Shown one piece after another: positions 61,636 to 64,000 of a stretch of 64,000 bases of DNA. The notes beneath the pieces are model-generated. The model did not search any database and had not been told where the DNA came from. It saw only the letters and a list, made by a program, of their open reading frames with translations. Within the stretch, counting starts at the first letter, position 1. Each line of letters opens with the position of its first letter. The DNA is from Octopus bimaculoides (lineage: Eukaryota). A program made the position numbers and the translations under genes. The stretch covers positions 192,859,408-192,923,407 of the forward strand of contig NC_068981.1 in the NCBI RefSeq assembly GCF_001194135.2. The letters run 5' to 3'.

Positions 61636-62665
61636 CTTTTATTTGTCATTGGGTTTCAACCATCCTGGGGTGTTTCCCTGAAAGATTTAGTCGAGCAAAT
61701 CAATCCCAATACTCATTCTTTTAAAATTTTGTCTGTTACTTATTCTATTGCTCTCTTTTACAAAAGTATTAAGTTATGGGGATATAAATGAACCAACACT
61801 AGTTGCCAGGTGACATGGGAACAAACATATAACCATGCACATACACACAACCACACATTTACAATGGGCTTCTTTCAGTTTGTGTCTACCAAATCTACTC
61901 ACAAGACATTGGTCAGACTGAGACTATACTAGAAGACACTTTCCCAATGTGCCATAGAGTGGAACTGTACAAAAACCATGTAGTTGGGAAGCAAACGTCT
62001 TACCATACAACCACACACACATATATATATATATATATATGTATACACACATATATATATATATCCTGGTCAGCTAAATCAAATAGATGATGATAACGAT
62101 GATGATGAGGATGATTAGAATGGTGATAGTGGAGGTTGTGGTAAAATGATGGTCACGACAAAGCTGGACGAACCTAATATACTCATTAGGTTGATGATTA
62201 AGAATGAATTCCTTGTGGTGCAATGCAATTTAAGCTAAAATTCTGGCTGAAGCTGGCCTGTCATGTTTAACACCATCAAGATATCTGTTAGGTAAACTGA
62301 GCCGTGTAGAAATACATTTTACCTATCACCAATGTAAATATTTACTATAAACATTGCCCTAGCACCAGCCTATCAAGATACCTGTTAATCCCTTGACCAC
62401 TTTATCACTTCAGATGGATTATTATCATTTTACATACTTGACATTAATTCAACCCATGCCTGTTCATAGTATTAATACATAAATACACACATACATACAT
62501 ACTTGCATGTATATGTGTGTGTGTGAGTGCGTGCGTATGTGTCTCTCTCTCTATACATATCTATCTGTCTGTCTGTCTGTCTCCCTCTATAAATATGTAT
62601 ATATACATATCTCTCTCCCTCTCTCTTTCTCTCTCTCTCCCTCTCTCTTTCTCTCTCTCTCTCTC

Positions 62666-62708
<43 letters not shown>

Positions 62709-62841
62709 CTTTCTTCTAGTGGTACAGGCATATGGTTTCAATGATATTGGTTTTTCGCTAATTTTAACCACTAAACTACACAAGGAAATTCAACACAATA
62801 AAAACCCAATTAAGAGTAGTGGTCTTTGAGTATGAACTCAC

Positions 62842-62950
62842 GATTTTTGTCAGAAGTCAAATATATTGATTGTCTCCATTCCACTTGACAAATTTCTTTG
62901 GTCAATATTGAACTAATCCTCCCAACTTCACAAGCTATGTCTGACTTCAC
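62842..62950 (-). CDS. Exon of minus-strand gene 2 (VKSDIACEVGRISSILTKEICQVEWRQSIYLTSDKN)
   Basis: ctattcAG acceptor, C|GTGAGT donor, 36 open codons in unique sequence, phase 0 to 1. Confidence 0.6.
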
Positions 62951-63217
62951 CTGAATAGCATGCCATGAAATTGAATTACTTAAAATCTGAGTTAAAATTT
63001 AAATTATCTCTAAATATTCTGGATTAATTTTGTCTGTATTTAAATATTAGTCTCCTTTTATAATTCGGCTCACATTTGGTACCTGTTTATGACTGGTACT
63101 TAATTGTATTGACCTTGGATGAAGGCGAAAGTTAACTTTGGAAGGATTTTTAACTCAGGATTTAATGGTTATTTAGGTGTGAAGATCTATTTATATAATA
63201 AAGTAGAAAGGCATTAC

Positions 63218-63293
63218 AGAGTAAGAATTCTTTCCGGAATTAAATGCAAAGAAAACCAATTGCAAAAATGGGAAAACTTGTCCAATAGTGAGT
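63218..63293 (-). CDS. Candidate exon of minus-strand gene 2 (LTIGQVFPFLQLVFFAFNSGKNSYS)
   Basis: aatattttAG acceptor, TCT|GTAATG donor, phase 2 to 0, compatible with the next exon. Confidence 0.4.
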
Positions 63294-63344
63294 CTAAAAT
63301 ATTTACCCTCTTAGAATCTCTAGTATAAATACACGTTGCGCGCG

Positions 63345-63408
<64 letters not shown>

Positions 63409-63626
63409 GATATAATAAAAGAATATGAAGAATGGAGATACTGTTCAAACTATGCTTTGCACATTTCCACCATGTTATTTATTTGCTCATTAAATTACAT
63501 TATTACATAAACAGACAATTTCATCAGGTATTTTGACATGTAAGATTGATTTGCATGATTCGAGTAACATCTCCACTCTATTCATATGCTTTTGTTATAG
63601 TGTACACTGTGTTAAATGTGTAATGT

Positions 63627-64000
63627 TTGTTGCTACATATACAAGATTTGCAGAGTGTGCAAGAGAGACGATTGCGCTGGTATGGACATGTGGTGAGATT
63701 GGATGATGATAGCTGTGTGAAAAAGTGCCACACCCTAACAGTTGAGGGAACCCGTGGAAGAGGTAGGCCCAGGAAGACCTGGGCTGAGGTGGTGAGGCAA
63801 GACCTTCGTACATTGGGCCTCACCGAGGTGATGACTACTGACCGAGACCTTTGGAAATGTGCTGTGCGTGAGAAGACCCGGCGAGCCAAGTGAGATCGTT
63901 GCCAGTGCTCCTGGACTGGCTCTTGTGCGGGTGGCACATAAGATGCACCATTTTGAGCGTGGCCATTGCCAGTACCGCCTGACTGGCCTTCGTAGGATTT
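63627..64000 (+). mobile_element. 5'-truncated RTE LINE 3' end and 3' UTR
   Basis: RRLRWYGHVVRLDDDSCVKKCHTLTVEGTRGRGRPRKTW; same family as 2017-2283. Confidence 0.85.

Overview
AT-rich, microsatellite- and SINE-dense animal genomic DNA with about 12 N-gaps. The repeat families point to a coleoid cephalopod, most likely Octopus (inference). A 9-exon + strand gene (134-24731) can be assembled by splice signals and phase. It encodes a ~363-aa protein with a basic/acidic disordered N-terminus and a C-terminal degenerate EF-hand-like pair; no symbol is assigned. A few phase-compatible - strand exons near 60.5-63.3 kb suggest a second gene that continues beyond the window. The rest is relics of Tc1, mariner, Tigger/pogo, hAT and piggyBac transposons and MITEs, RTE and CR1-like LINE 3' ends, and several tRNA-derived SINE families. 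The most striking signal is a set of minimal type I hammerhead-ribozyme motifs from several unrelated sequence families (5.75, 18.5 and 47.1 kb; eroded copies at 0.7/1.05, 16.5 and 26.1 kb). Three of these loci lie inside inverted repeats, as in Penelope-like elements. One is a TSD-flanked head-to-head dimer that joins a tRNA-like Pol III head to a hammerhead-bearing tail.
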